This document shows, piece after piece, positions 25,511 to 39,100 of a stretch of DNA of 64,000 nt (position 1 is its first letter; each line of letters begins with the position of its first letter). Source of the stretch: Yuukianura sp. NJ FZ-2021 (taxonomy: Eukaryota); the NCBI GenBank assembly GCA_046563655.1, contig CM102284.1, positions 124,001 through 188,000 of the forward strand, in the 5' to 3' direction. Position numbers and translations under genes: made by a program. The notes under the pieces are model-generated. The model was given only the letters and a program-made list of their open reading frames with translations, was not told the DNA's origin and did no database searches.

Positions 25511-25568
25511 TTTTTGATGTCACATTCTTACATCTTTCTTTTCTGTCTTTTCGGTACTACTCGTGCAG

Positions 25569-26785
25569 AATCGGAAGAATCCGTTGAAGAACCAAACGAA
25601 CCGAAGGAGCAAGGCGGAGATGACGAGGACAACAGCAACGAGGCCGTTCCGGAAGGAAGAAACGAATTCCTGACGTCGTTCCCTCCCTCTCGCACTCCTG
25701 CTCTCTACGCAGTCATCAACAGTCGTTTCCCACCGGAATCGCAGGAGGTAGATGCATACGAAAGTGGATCTTCGCATGGACAACACTTTGGCCCAGTAGT
25801 TGCCTACAGACTTAAACAAACGACGCAGCGTCCCTCTGTTTCTGTTGCAGTCGCACTTTCAGATGGAAATCCAACACAAACCACACACAAACAAGTCGTC
25901 AGGAATCCATTTTTCCCGCTCTACAGTCAGCAAGTGAGGAACAAGCCAAATGTTGGGCAGTACCCCAATATTGGGCAGTACTCCAATATTGGGCAGTATT
26001 TCCGCAATCCCTACCAACCGGTTTACCAACCAGTGCGCAGAAATCCGTATTTTGGTCCGTACGCCCATCATCCGTACGGAATGTTCCAGAAACGCTATCC
26101 AAATCCATACATTGGGCAGCATCTGCGTAATCCCTATGGAAATCCATATTCCCAAAATACGTACGTCAACCGATTCGTCAACCGACCAACATATAACCAA
26201 TATGAGTTCTCAGGGCCGTACGCCCCACAACCAATCAGGTACGTCAATAAATTTTTTTTTTTGAAAAATATTTCAAAAACAAATTTTCTTAACAAGAATT
26301 TTTTATTTTGCAGAGCTCCCTTCTACGGACCAGGTCCAGTTCGACGCCCGTTTTATCCAGGACCATCTTCCTTTGGAGGCTACGGACCTCGACCGGTACT
26401 GGGGCCGCAGGGATTGACGAACGTAAAACCGGTTTACCTCAACCGAAGACCGACAGTAAAACCGGTGAGTGTTTCAAACAAAGTTGTGGTCGTGCCGAAG
26501 AAGCCAGTGGTCGTGAAACACAAAAAACCGACACCAGTTGTACTTCAAGACGACACGCCCTACACTTTTGAAGACCCACAAGCATACAGTGCGGAGTCGA
26601 ACGAATCCAACCAATCAGATTTCGTCCAGGAACTTCACCCAGGCACGCAAGTCCACAAGAGCAGACGGGCAGCCAAAATGGCCAAGAAGGTCACGAAAAA
26701 AGAAAAACCAGCGGAAAAGGTCAAGAAGGTCGCTCATCCTGATCCACTTCAAATTCTCAAGAAAGTCAGTTCCAAAAAACATTAA
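25569..26785 (+). CDS. Tyr/Pro/Asn/Gly-rich then Lys-rich exons (25569-26238, 26314-26785); probable long-isoform 3' end of the gene starting at 23326
   Basis: No ATG at the ORF start, but a polypyrimidine tract and cag| acceptor at 25568 in phase 1 match upstream donors. Repeats N(I/V)GQY and RNPY. AATAAA at ~26961. Confidence 0.75.
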
Positions 26786-27128
26786 AAACGGACAGTTTTG
26801 AAAATTTAAATTTTGAAATTTTTAAAAAGTTAAGTTAAATGAGCTTTAGAAATAATTTTGAACAAATTTAGTTTAGAAGTAGAGTGACTGCGGGAGGCAC
26901 TTGGGGTGAATGGATTTTCAATGCAATGAGGGGTAAAATGTAGCAAATCAATAAGTGTGAAATAAAACTTATCTTGAAAAACTTTTTTGGAATGATCTAT
27001 TCAAAAACATTTTAAAATGTTTTTAAAAGTGTTTTTTTTTAGAAAAAAGAACATGAGTGTTTATTGTTAGTTTGACTCTATAAGTACATATTTACATTAA
27101 TTTTAGAAAAGAGGGTGGGGGTGTAACT

Positions 27129-30100
27129 CTATGCGTTATCGTAGTCGTAGTCGTCAGGTGGGGAGGGATGTGAAGCGGGCGTTGTTTGGGGCTGGACTGC
27201 ATTGTACGTTTTTCTCGGTCTCCATCCACAACCTGTCATAAAAATATTATATTTATATTTAATTATATTAATATATAATAAAACTAATTAAGTCATTTTC
27301 ACCTGCGAGTGGTAGTCCGTCTGGACCTAGTGGGCAAGGAGCGTCCAATCCGGGAAGTCCCATCTTAAAATTTAAAAAAATTTGAGCGGGTATTTTAAAA
27401 AATTACTTTTGCTATTTAATTTTGAAAAGGAGTGGCGCATACCTCGCCTTTCGCGCCGTCAATGCCTTTGCGACCTCGCTTTCCCTAGTGCGTAGAGTTC
27501 AAAGTTTTAATTGTAAACTAAACTGAATACATTTTAATTAAGTTAATTAATTAAGTTAGTTAATTAATTGTATGCACCGGAGGGCCAATTGGACCAGACG
27601 GCCCCTGATGATGAAAACTTAGCATTAGTTGAGAAGTCAAAAAAACTAATTGTAAGATGGCAGGCAGATTAAGCGGATGTTAGTATGTCACCGTTTTCCC
27701 AGGCTCTCCCTAAGAAAATCAAAACCAAACTTTCAAAAACTTTCAAAAAACTCAAAAACTAAAAAGTAAGAAAGTGGAAATAACCTTTTCGCCAGGGATG
27801 CCGTCAGTGCCTGAACAAGAAAGAAGTGAAAGGTCAAAGGTCAAGTGGTAACTCACATAACATGCATTTCACAAGGTCAATCCACACAACACAATGACTT
27901 TTAACTTTTAAACACCTCACCCGGTAAACCAGGGTCACCTCTATCGCCTTTCTGACCTACAAAATAAAAACATCACAATTTAGTTACTTCAAAAACTTAC
28001 AAATTTACTACTCCTAGACTCCTACTCCTATCTTGAAAAAAATGGTGGAGTTTTTCTGCAGAGCGGTCAGCGAAAAAAAAACGAACGTTTTTGCAAAAAA
28101 CTCACATCACCTCAACACCATTCCAAATTTTTTGAATAATAAAAAAACCAATTACCTAAAAAAGTTAAAAATATTTAAAATGAATTTAAAGAGGAATTTA
28201 AAAAAAAAAGCAAAAAGAGTTCGTAATTGAGTTTTCAGTTTTTTAAAATGTCCATTGTTTTTTTTCAAGATAGTTTGCTAGGAGTAGCAGTCTTTCTAGC
28301 TTTTTTTAGTTTTTAGAATTTTTTCACTTTTAAATTGAACGTACCAGGTTCTCCGACTGCGCCCTTCATGCCATCCTGTTAACAAAAATTACTTTCAAAA
28401 ACCAAAACTTTAATTTCAAAAATATGAGAATGATGGATTTTGAAAAGTACGTACGAGACCGGGTGGGCCCTGTTTGTTTGATGGGAAAGAAAAAAGAGAA
28501 AGTTAGAACTGAATTTTGAGAGCGTAAGCTAAGCTTAGCCATGCAAGTGGTGGGTGCGGACCATCGAGCCTTGTTGACCTAGTGACCCGGGCAAACCCAT
28601 GATCCCCTGATCGCCACGATCACCTTTACGACCGACCTCGCCCTTCGCACCGTCATTTCCGCGCTAAAAACACAGTATAATAATCAATTACAATAATATT
28701 TTCATGTATTTTCTGAAATTGCATCAAATTTTATCTCGTCACCTCTCCCTTGAGCCCTGAAATATCAAGCCAAATTGAAAATTAGCTGAATTGCTTTAAA
28801 ATTTTCACAAAAACTAAGAAAAATTTACCTGGAGGCCCAGCGACGCCTGGAAGTCCGGGTGGGCCGGGGGGACCTTAAAAGTTGCAAAGGAGGAATTAGG
28901 AATTAACAAAGGCCGGAAAAGTAAGTTCCAAAAAGGACGTTTTAAGAACATTAAAATCTCTAAAAAAAACTACAAAAAATTGTAAATTTATGGAGTAAAA
29001 ATTTTTCCATTGTCATATAATTTACACTTTGCAAAATCAAATTGGCAAAGAAATGAAGTGTTTTGGAAAAAAACCTTCAGGAGACACAATTTCAACCATC
29101 AAACTTTGGCGAAAACTGAGTTTTTCGAGAAAGAAATCAAAATCCGTGGAAAAATTCTAGCAGAACAATAGGTTTTTGGTTAGATTTCGTCGACATTTTA
29201 CGAAATTTAAAAAAAAAGTCGAAAAAGATAGATCTTTATAAAAAATTTTATCCTCAAAAAAGGAATTCATAATTTTTTAACGATTTTAAAGTCCTAAAAA
29301 TGATTTATCTTCATTTTCCGGCCTATGATAATTAATTAGTGAGACACTTTGAAAGCCATAAGTACCAGGGGGCCCTTGAATTTGTCCTGAGTCCTCGAAG
29401 GCTCCGTCCCCTTGAAGTGCTAGATGTTGTCTCCTGCGCAGTTTTTTGTACTTTTGTGGTTCTGATCTGTCACCTTTATCTCCCTTCTGACCAGGATCTG
29501 CAAAACACAATTTCAAAAAGTAGCCGCATTTTGGACCACAAAATTTCCAAGTCTTACATCCAGGGGGTCCTGCAATTTAAAAAAAATCAAAAACGCCGCT
29601 TAGTTTTTTTTACCTTGAAACATTTTGTGTAAATAATCTTACCAGGCAAACCAGGTGGCCCCATCAAACCTGTTCAAAAAAGTTACGATGAAACATTTAA
29701 GATTGCAAAAAATTAAGTTTTGGATAAAATTAATTCAATCTGGTTTGTACCCGGAGGTCCGATGTCTCCGTATTCTAAAATTTGAAACAAATAAATTTAA
29801 TACAAATAAATATTTTAAATAAATAAACTAAATAAATTTCGAGGTAAATCCGAAAAATGATAATTAATTTTAAATAATTATGTTTCCAAACAAGTTTGAC
29901 TTTTTTGGCACGTGAACTTACCCCCACGCTCGCCTTTAGGTCCGACAGAGCCCGGTGACCCGGGTGGGCCTAATTTAAAAAAAAAGTCAGAAAAAGTTAA
30001 AAATTTTGATGGTCACCTTTAATTTCAAAAATGTAAACTTACCTTGAGGTCCTGGACTTCCCATTGGGCCATCCTTGCCACCAAGCCCTACATTATATAC

Positions 30101-33100
30101 AGAATTGATAAAATAACCTAACCTGGTTAATTGATGCCATATATTAAGTAATTGATTGATTTATTTATTATTGACACTGGTGGCACACCACAATCAACAC
30201 TGGGATTTCTAAGCATAGTTTTTAAAGTGATTAAAATTAAGTACAATATGTGAAATTAAGACATCTTTTAAATTCAGGAGTTCAATAAGTTCGTTACGTG
30301 GGAATATCTGAGGGCTTTGTTTGGAGTACAGTTACGAATTAATATTTATCTAAAACCTTGGCTTAAAATACGTATTAATTGATGTCATATGAATAATATT
30401 TTATATGTAAAAATTATTTTTATTACTTAGCTTAAATATTTGTTTGACATTTGACCTTACCCGGTAGCCCGCGTGGGCCTATTTCCCCCTTGGGGCCGAG
30501 CAGACCTTCGCCAGGAGGGCCGATTGGGCCTGGAGGCCCGACGTCGCCTTTCAGCGTTGCACTTCCAGGTTTTCCCTGAAATTCAACAATTTAGGAAAAC
30601 ACTTTCAAAAATCAAGCTTTGAAAGTACAGAATTTTGAATTTCATCAAGAAATTCGATCACATTAGATACCCTCACATGTGAATTGTTAGTAAAAGCGGA
30701 GGGTTACATTTTAAATGGAAAATGATAAAGTTTTACCCCGAAGTGGAGCCACGTTGGTCCGAACCCACCACCAAATTCACAGTAAAAAGCAAAAGAGAAA
30801 GCAAATCGTGCAAAATGTTTGTTTTTAAACAACTGCCCTGCGACCTCTCTTCCCGCGGCCTACCGACGGCCCACCCCCACCGCCGCTTTCCCCCTTCTCG
30901 CCCTTTGGACCTTCACCAACAAAACAGTAACAACAAAAGAAAACAGAAACAATCAAATCAGAGGAAAGAAGGTGGTTGAAGTGCACCTTAACTACACAAC
31001 CTGTACTCCCATCCATCTGGCCGCCTCTTTTAAACAAAATTCTCTGCCATAGTTACTCCCTCCATTTCCTAAAACCTGCAAACTATCCTCCTTTTCATTG
31101 TTTTTTTCAGCTTTTTCTAGTTCGCATTTTGATTTCTTTGTAAGCCTCGCAGGGATGTCAAAAATATTTAATCTCCATGCCCGTAATTTCAACAAAAAAA
31201 GATAAAAAATATTTAGGTTATTTTGTGAGTAAATGTTCATTTATTAGCCCATACCCTTAACGTTAAATAAGTAAATATTTGTGCGATTTTTAAAACACTT
31301 ATTTTTTGTCAATATTTCAGGCTTTTTAGAAGATATTTTTGACATCCCTGCTCATGGGTATGCACAGGTGATCCAAAAATACTGTTTTATTTTTAAATTT
31401 TAACAAAATTGAGTAGTTGGTACACTTCAACCAAAGAAAAAAGAAAAGAAAAGTAACCTGGCGGCCCGGCAGGACCTTCAATGATTCCCGTCGGTAAGCC
31501 TTTCCCATCCAAGGTTGAAGTAAGGCCGCGCTCACCCTTGTATCCCTGTCAACCAATTTCTTAAAAATCAAAATCCTACCCAAATCATTAGAAACTTTAA
31601 AAAATTGAAAATTTTTAGAAAACTAAAATTAAAAATCTGAAATAAATTAAACTGTAAATTTCAATTTGTAAAAGACTTTGTACTCAGGAGTTAAAATTGA
31701 CTTGGTGAAATTGTGAGATTTGCTGACTTTGTTATTCTTTCTCAAGCACTTTCCCCACTTTGTGCCAAACTTTTATTTGGTATTTTTGAACTTTCTCTTT
31801 TCCCGCTCAAGTTTTCGGATTAAAAAGTCCTGGCGGAGGGAGAAACTTTTTCTTTGTTCCTCTGCTAACAATGGGAGTCTGTTTCCACATGAGGAATTGG
31901 TTGGGAGGACAGTTTGAACTGCCGATGGATGAAATGCCCCCGTTGAGCAAAACTAAATGCCCAGCTATTGATCTCTTCTCCAATTCCACTTCTCTCAAAA
32001 AAAAAAGTTGGAGATAGACGCTGTCAGCAAAAATTAGAACCCACAAAAAAGAGAAAGCACTAAATCCCTGTCACCACAACCCGCCACTTTCTACAACTTT
32101 TTTAAACACGAACTTTTTAAAAGGACTTTTTTAGAAAAGATTTTTGAAATTAGGAGATTAGAGTTGATGAGTTTGTTAATTCCCACAACCAATAAAAAAG
32201 AGATTGAGTTACTTAGAAGCACAAAATGGCACAAAGTCAAATTAGAACAAGAGTGCACTCAGAAAATGAGAAATTGGGGGTTCTCCCCCGGGTAGCTTAA
32301 AAACCCGGGTTTTACGTTTCTACACTTTCTAATTAAGTTTTTTAGAGTTATTGAACTTTACCTTTGGCCCAGGTGGGCCAATTGCTCCAGCCGGTCCTGC
32401 AAAAACATCAAAAGTATCACTTTAATTTTCAGTCACGTTTTTTATAGAACATACACCTCATTTTTCTAGAATATTTTTTCTAGAAATGCTCTTTTTCGAA
32501 ACAAAATTTTGAATTTGTAAGAAATTGAAAATCTACGAACCTGGTGGGCCCTCCGGCCCGCGGCTTCCGACCTCGCCTTTCTCGCCACGTTCGCCCCTCT
32601 CACCTACACGGCCGTTCAAACCAGGCAGACCTCAAGAAAGTAAAATTTTGAAAAAGTTTAGTTTGAAAATCAAAATTTCAATATTTCAGTTTTGAAAAAG
32701 TTAAACTTTCTCCGACTGCTGTTGATTACAGTTTTAATTTACCTGGAGGGCCTGGTGGGCCAGGCCTTCCAATCCCCGGTTCGCCAGGTTCCCCCTGAAA
32801 CAGAAAACCAATTTTGAAAAAACGTTTTTCCAAACAGTTTTTGAAAAAAGTTGAAAATGGTAAAAAGCGAAAAGTAATGTAAGCAGTTGGAAAAGCGGAG
32901 GAGAAAACAAAGACTAACTCGGAGTGTGATGACGTTTTGGTCAACATTGAAACCGGAGGCTTTTAATTCCTGAAGTGAAAATAAGTCAAAACATAGAGGT
33001 CAAAGGTCAATGTTTTTAAATAAAAGTTGAACACTGAGAACACAGAAAGTAAACCATAGTATGCAGACTTGCAAACAAGGAAACCCCAACCAGTGGCTAA

Positions 33101-36100
33101 AACAAGGTCAAAGGTCAAGAGGTCAAAGGTCAACCTTTATTGCAATTATTTCTGCAAAGCCGATCGTTCCTCCGGAAACGGACGTCACGGATCGCTTCAC
33201 CCCGAACTGAATCAATTCCCAATTCCATCAACATTTCAAAAGTTCAAAATTTCGGAAAAACAAACAGTATTTTTCTAAAACTTTTTTGAAAAGTTTGAAC
33301 AAGTTCAAAATTTAGTTGTAAAATGTTTAGAACCTTGAGAAAAGTTTAAATTGCTGAAACTGAACCTTGCGTCTTACCTTTGCTGCGGTACTGATATTGT
33401 ATCCTGGCGAACCTAAAACCAAAGACACAGTATTTATACTATTCTATATTAATTATATATATGAATTAATTAATTGTTTTATATTATTTAATTATTTTAT
33501 TTTAAATTGAGTTTTTTGCTACCTGGACTTCCGCGTTCACCCCTCTCGCCTTTTTCTCCCTGCAACAAAATCTGGTTTTTAACTTTCATCCAACAGAAAC
33601 TCAAAATTGTTGAATTGCAAAGCATTTAGCAGGATTTTTATAAAAACAAGTTGTAGAGTACACTATGCAAAATATATTTAATATAAAAATAATCATGCTG
33701 TAATATTTAAATATGTTGTGAAATATATTGTTTTGAAATATGTAGTGGAGGTAATAGTTGTGAATGGAATGTAAGTTGTTAAAAGGAAATTGTGATTAGA
33801 GTGGTTTGCCATAGTTCGTTGCGTGTTGTGCTCCCCTCCTTTGGCCACATGTCGTCTATATTTCTTGTTCCCTCCAGCTATTTGTGGAACATGTCCAGAC
33901 ATAGCTCCAGGCTGTACTTTGTCCATGACCTCTGCCTTCTGGACCACACTGTACATTGTACATTGAGTGCTAAAAGCAGGGGAAGTACTTAACATCCCCC
34001 TCGTACAACTAATTTCACAACTCATTCCACACACTTAAACATCCCCCTCCAACTACTTACCTACAACATCTTACTCCAAAAACCTAACTTGCAAAACTAA
34101 ACACAAAAGTCAAAAAACTGCAAACACAGTAAAATACTAACGATACACAGTCAAAAAAAATCAAGAAACTATACATTGCAAATTACATAATCACAAAACA
34201 TCAAAAACTTAAAAGCAAAAATGAGAAAGAGGGAAAACATCTTATGAGACAAAAATATTTTGAAAAGTGTTTTATGTTTTAGCGTACTCCGGAGATTCAC
34301 CGGAGGTTTTAAACTCAAACTTGTGTTAGAGTGGAGGGAGGGAAGATTTGAAATGTTGGCGGATGTATTGAAAAGCAGTAAAAAGGCTTAAAGCGGAAGA
34401 ATAATCAAAGGAGCGAGTGGAATTGACTAACTGCAGAGCCCGGAGGACCGTCCTAAACAAAACAAAACAAAATGAGGGAAAAAACAACAAATGGAAATGA
34501 AAACTTTACAAAAATTACCATTCCGATGGGGCCCTAGAGACGAACATAAAACAAAAACAAAAGAAAGAACTCAAATCCACACAAAAAGAGAGAAAAAAGA
34601 GTGGAAGAGAAAAAGAGAAAGTCTCTCACCGGAAATCCATTTTTGCCAGGCAGACCAGGCGGGCCGGGTGGCCCCTGAAATCAATTAGTTCAAGTAAATA
34701 AAAAAGTAAAGTGTAAATAGAAAATAGAGTAAATAATTTTGTGTAAACGGACTGGTTCTCCTGGGATTCCTTTGCCACGTCGTCCTCTTTTTCCCGGTGG
34801 CCCCACCGGCCCTGAAAAGATAAAAGAGCATAACTTAAGTGGTCCCACCAACGACTGGAACTGACGCTTTCTCTTTTTCGCAACTTCCTCAAAAGACTTT
34901 CTCCACCAGAACAACTTCTAACAGATTCCATCAAACGCACTCCTCTCACCTCACAAATTCACAAACAACAGGAAAAAGATACTCAACATTTTAAAAATAG
35001 CAATACAACTTAAAAAAAAAGGGTAAATTTTCTTTTACATTTTTGATGCAGTTTCAGTAACTCTCTAATTTTTTTTTCCATTTTTTTAACTTTTGAAAAT
35101 ACCGAGACTCAATATTTAAAAGTTTGTGATTTTTGAGAAAAAAAAGTAGAGATTTAGGAAAACCCTCAGCTAAAGGAAGCCTAATACTCAGAAACGACGG
35201 ATCCGGCGGAACTGAAAGAGTTCGAGATTCTTTCTCTGTCACTAATCCTCAGAAAAGGCAGAAAAAGCAAAGAAATCTTTTTTTTTCGTTTGCCTTTGCA
35301 ATTAAAACGACATTCAAAAGCGTCGCTTTCTTTCTTGGTTTTCCTTTTTGTCTCTTCAATCAAAAACACTTTCTTCATTTGATTTTTTTGAGTGGAAGTC
35401 ATGAATTAGTGGAGTGAATTTGAAATAGACTTTGAAACAGAGGAGTTGAATAGTTCATTTTAAGGAAGGAGAAGTGGTGAGTGGAGAGAGACGTTATGAG
35501 TGTCCGGAGACTGGGAACTTAAGTTGGCACGGAGCCAAGTCATCATCCACATCTCCACATCTTCGGATTCGGGAAAAGATCTTCTCTTTTTTGTTCCGGA
35601 GAGAATTTGTCGTGAGCAGAATCGGAATGGAGCAAGGAATTCCTCATTTCCAGAAAAAGTAGCAGCGTGTTGGAAGTATCCACCTTCTTGAACCCCCCAC
35701 CTATATGGGGGTAGGAGGGGGTGGATGAAGCGTGTTCAAGCTGTGGCTGCTCTTGGAAATTCCGCAGGAGAAAGTGGAGCCTAATCCCATAAGTCATTCA
35801 ACCAAAAACTATCCAAGACCTCTCATCTCCTTCGCATCATCACTCGAATCAAAATCACAACGGACGCTCTCGACCCACATCCCACCGCTGCCCCACCATG
35901 GCCCCACCGTATTGCTCTCAAAAGAGCAGCCTCACTTTCCTTTCTCCACTTTCAACATTTTGTCTCGTAAATTGTTCAGTTCTCTCCGCTTTGTTTAATG
36001 GGAAGTCGTTCATTCCCGAGTTGAGGAGAAAGCAGAAGGTGAAAGTAGAGAGAAAGCTACTTTTTATGGGGGAGGGGATAAAAGTCAGACAAGTCGGAAA

Positions 36101-39100
36101 GTAATGAAAATGATTTGATGTCCATTCACTATCGTAGTAAGAGGAGGGGAGCATGTTGGCAGACTTTCTAAACCACTACGACAAATTGATCAGACGCACA
36201 AATCATCCCCTTCCGACTTGTCTCAGAATTAGTCACTCCATTCACACAAAGCCAATCCTTCACCCCATTCACTACTTTTTACACATTTTACACTAACGAA
36301 ATCCAGATCTTTGAAACCTTTGAGAAAATTTGGAAACCAAGTTTCAAAATTTTGTTTTTAAAATTCAACAGTGATGTTCTAAATTTAAGTGTACGCGTGC
36401 TAAATGAAACTTGAGCTTGAGAGTCAAGGTTGCCATTAGTCATTTTTCATGAGAGTCCTCACGACGTAAAAAGTAACACGAAAAGTGAACTTTATTGTGA
36501 CAATTTCAAATGCATCAGTCATCCCACTATCATAACTTTACTTTTACTCGTGCCAAAAATTTAAAAAAAAATCAAATACATGCAACATCTCAAACTCATA
36601 ATTTTAAATCGTAAACATTACTCCAAACAAGTGCTCCAATGCACAATTTTTTTTTTAAAATCTCAACATACTTTTTTTTTCAGTTTTTTAGGACTTAATT
36701 TATTTTTATTGAAAGTTTGAATCACTATGAAATTGAGACTTTTAGTTTATGACTGCAATCGACACGTTGGAGTGTGGAATGTGGAATGATTTGAAAAGTG
36801 GAATGAAGTGGAATGGATTTGAGTGGGAGAATGGATGACCTCTGGTGACATTTATGGCTTAGAGTAAAGTGGGGTCATGGAACCGTTGATCTTGTGGATC
36901 AAGAACATCTTCATTCTGATTTGGGGTGACATTGAGTGGAAGTGACTCTGGATTCAAGTGTCTCACTTAAAAGTGGCTGCACAGGGGTTTGGAATTTTGA
37001 ATTTCAAATGTGTTTTAGAATCTGAAATTATCCATGAGAATTTCCATGACAATACAAGTGTCCCTGTGTGGGGTGGAAGTGCAGTGAGGGTGAATCCGCC
37101 TTCTGGCGATTAGTCAACTCTAAATTTGTGACTCTCAGGGGAATAGTCGGCCCCTCCGGAAATGCGTACAGATTGAGTCCAATTGAGCGCATCCTGATTA
37201 AAACACCATCACACAACTGCACTCCTAATTCAAAACTACTCTCAACATTTATAGCATCAATTCAAACATCAAGATTTAAAAATAAGACGCATGGCTTGTG
37301 CGCCTTAATGGGAGGAATTTATGATCCAGAATGAGACTGAGACTTTAGGAGTTGCCAAATTGAGAGAAAAACTAATTTGGAATTTCCAAGGACAAGCAAT
37401 TGCCCAGTCGCAATTTCCAATTTCCACATTTGGAACATGCTAATTTCATTTGCGCAAATCCAAAATCAAACAACGTCTGTGGTTCATCTCCATGAATTTA
37501 GAAAAAGATAGAAAGAAAGAAGAAAAGAAGAAAAAAAAATGAAAAACGGAATTAGAGAGATTGGAGTTTAGAAAGGAGATTTTTAGTTGCCATTTCAAAA
37601 GTTGTCAGTAACTGATATTAAATTAATTAAATTATAAATGATTATACATTATAATAAATAATGTAATAAGTTATCGTAAATCGTTTTTGAGAAGATAGTG
37701 AAAGTGTAGTTGTGAAATGGAGAGAAATGGTTTGTGTGTGGCTGTGAAAGTGAAAGTGGGAGAGCAATGTAGTTGGAAAGGGGCGATCTGTTCCACTACT
37801 TCAAATTTATTGTAAGATCTAAGCCTCAAAAATTGTTATTGCTTTTTTGACATTTCCACAAGAAATATGGGAAACCCTAAGTCTGGAGTGTCGTTCCACT
37901 TGGACTCGCAGAAACAAAGGTCAAAGGTCACTCCACCTCAACATCCCAGTCACTTTCACATTTCAAAAAAAGTGGAAAAGTCTTTTCAAAAAACCAATTT
38001 GAACCTACGGCATGCAAATATTCCTACCTCAGCAGATACTAGAGGAATTCTGGACCAATAAAAGCATTAAAATGCGTCACATGCAACTTCAAATCGTTCA
38101 ACGCCTCCGCAATTCCTTTTACCACTTTCCACAACAATAAAATAATTAAAAAATTGTTGCTCGAAAATTTATACTAGGTATTCATAAACTGAAATTTCAA
38201 AATATAAATTCTTCAACGCTTCTCATACAACATGATTTTGACAGCAAAGGTTGAAAATTTAAAGAAACTTTTTTCAAAGTCTGTGTTTCTTTTTTGATTT
38301 ACATTAAGTTTTACACTTTTTTAGTAGCAAGTTGTTAGAAATTTCTTTAGCATCTGCATTTTTCAACGTCAAAAACTCGTTTTTTGAAACAGCGTTTAGG
38401 AAACGTTGAGAACGTTGTAAAACGTTTGCAAAACGATGAAGAATCGCTAATCTTTTTTTGAACAAAGTTGGATTCTTTTGTCGCATCGTCATTGAAATTG
38501 TTTTTTTTTTGTAAAAGGTCAAAGGTCAAAGGTTTGATGAAATGAGCTGAGCTGTCGAGTGTATCAATTTTGTGACGGTTTTATTGGAAGTGAAAGTGCG
38601 GGTGAAAGTTCTTTGTTCTCCCCTTCTCTCTTTTCCCTCATAAAACATTTATTCCGTCCACTGTCTCACTTCTCTTGTCTTTCTTTTAAAAACCTCCGCT
38701 TCTCAAACATTATTATGAGATTTTTTTTAAATTTAAAAAAAAAAGAGAGGAGGTTCCGGAGGAAATGTAAGTGGTGGGAAGCGAGGGAAAAAATAAATTT
38801 TGAACTTATTGTGAGCGGAATTGGAAGAGAGCAGAAGAGGATGGAATCTAATGCAATTTCCTTCACGAACTTCTCCACTTTTCAAAAAAAGAGAAAGTTT
38901 TTTTTTTTTTGAAAAAAGCTCAATAAGGAGTCTCCCGCACTTCTTTTCCACATTCCAAGTCACTTACGATCTCGATGGCTAAAGCTCAACTTTCACTTTT
39001 GATTTTCCCGCTCTTTTCCAACGGTCTTCCTCTTTTGATATTTTTTAGCTTTTTTCTTACAGCGGACTTTCACTTTTGATTTTGCTCTCTTTTCTAAAAG

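Noticed and set aside
25127-25517. ORFs with KNVL/KRF repeats
   Set aside because: Translation artefacts of the AAACGTTT tandem array.
25514-25568. Apparent signal peptide at the start of the 423-aa ORF (MSHSYIFLFCLFG)
   Set aside because: The hydrophobic stretch is the polypyrimidine tract of a 3' splice site, so it is better read as intron. An independent start at the nearby in-frame ATG (25517) cannot be fully excluded.
35188-35211. Possible 24-nt phase-1 cassette exon (VPPDPSFL) in collagen intron 1
   Set aside because: Splice sites are plausible, but there is no Gly-X-Y or homology support and inclusion would replace the first helix Gly.
35470-36250. GC-richer island with several 60-88 aa ORFs inside collagen intron 1
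   Set aside because: No coherent spliced model or recognisable domain; more likely enhancer or UTR sequence.
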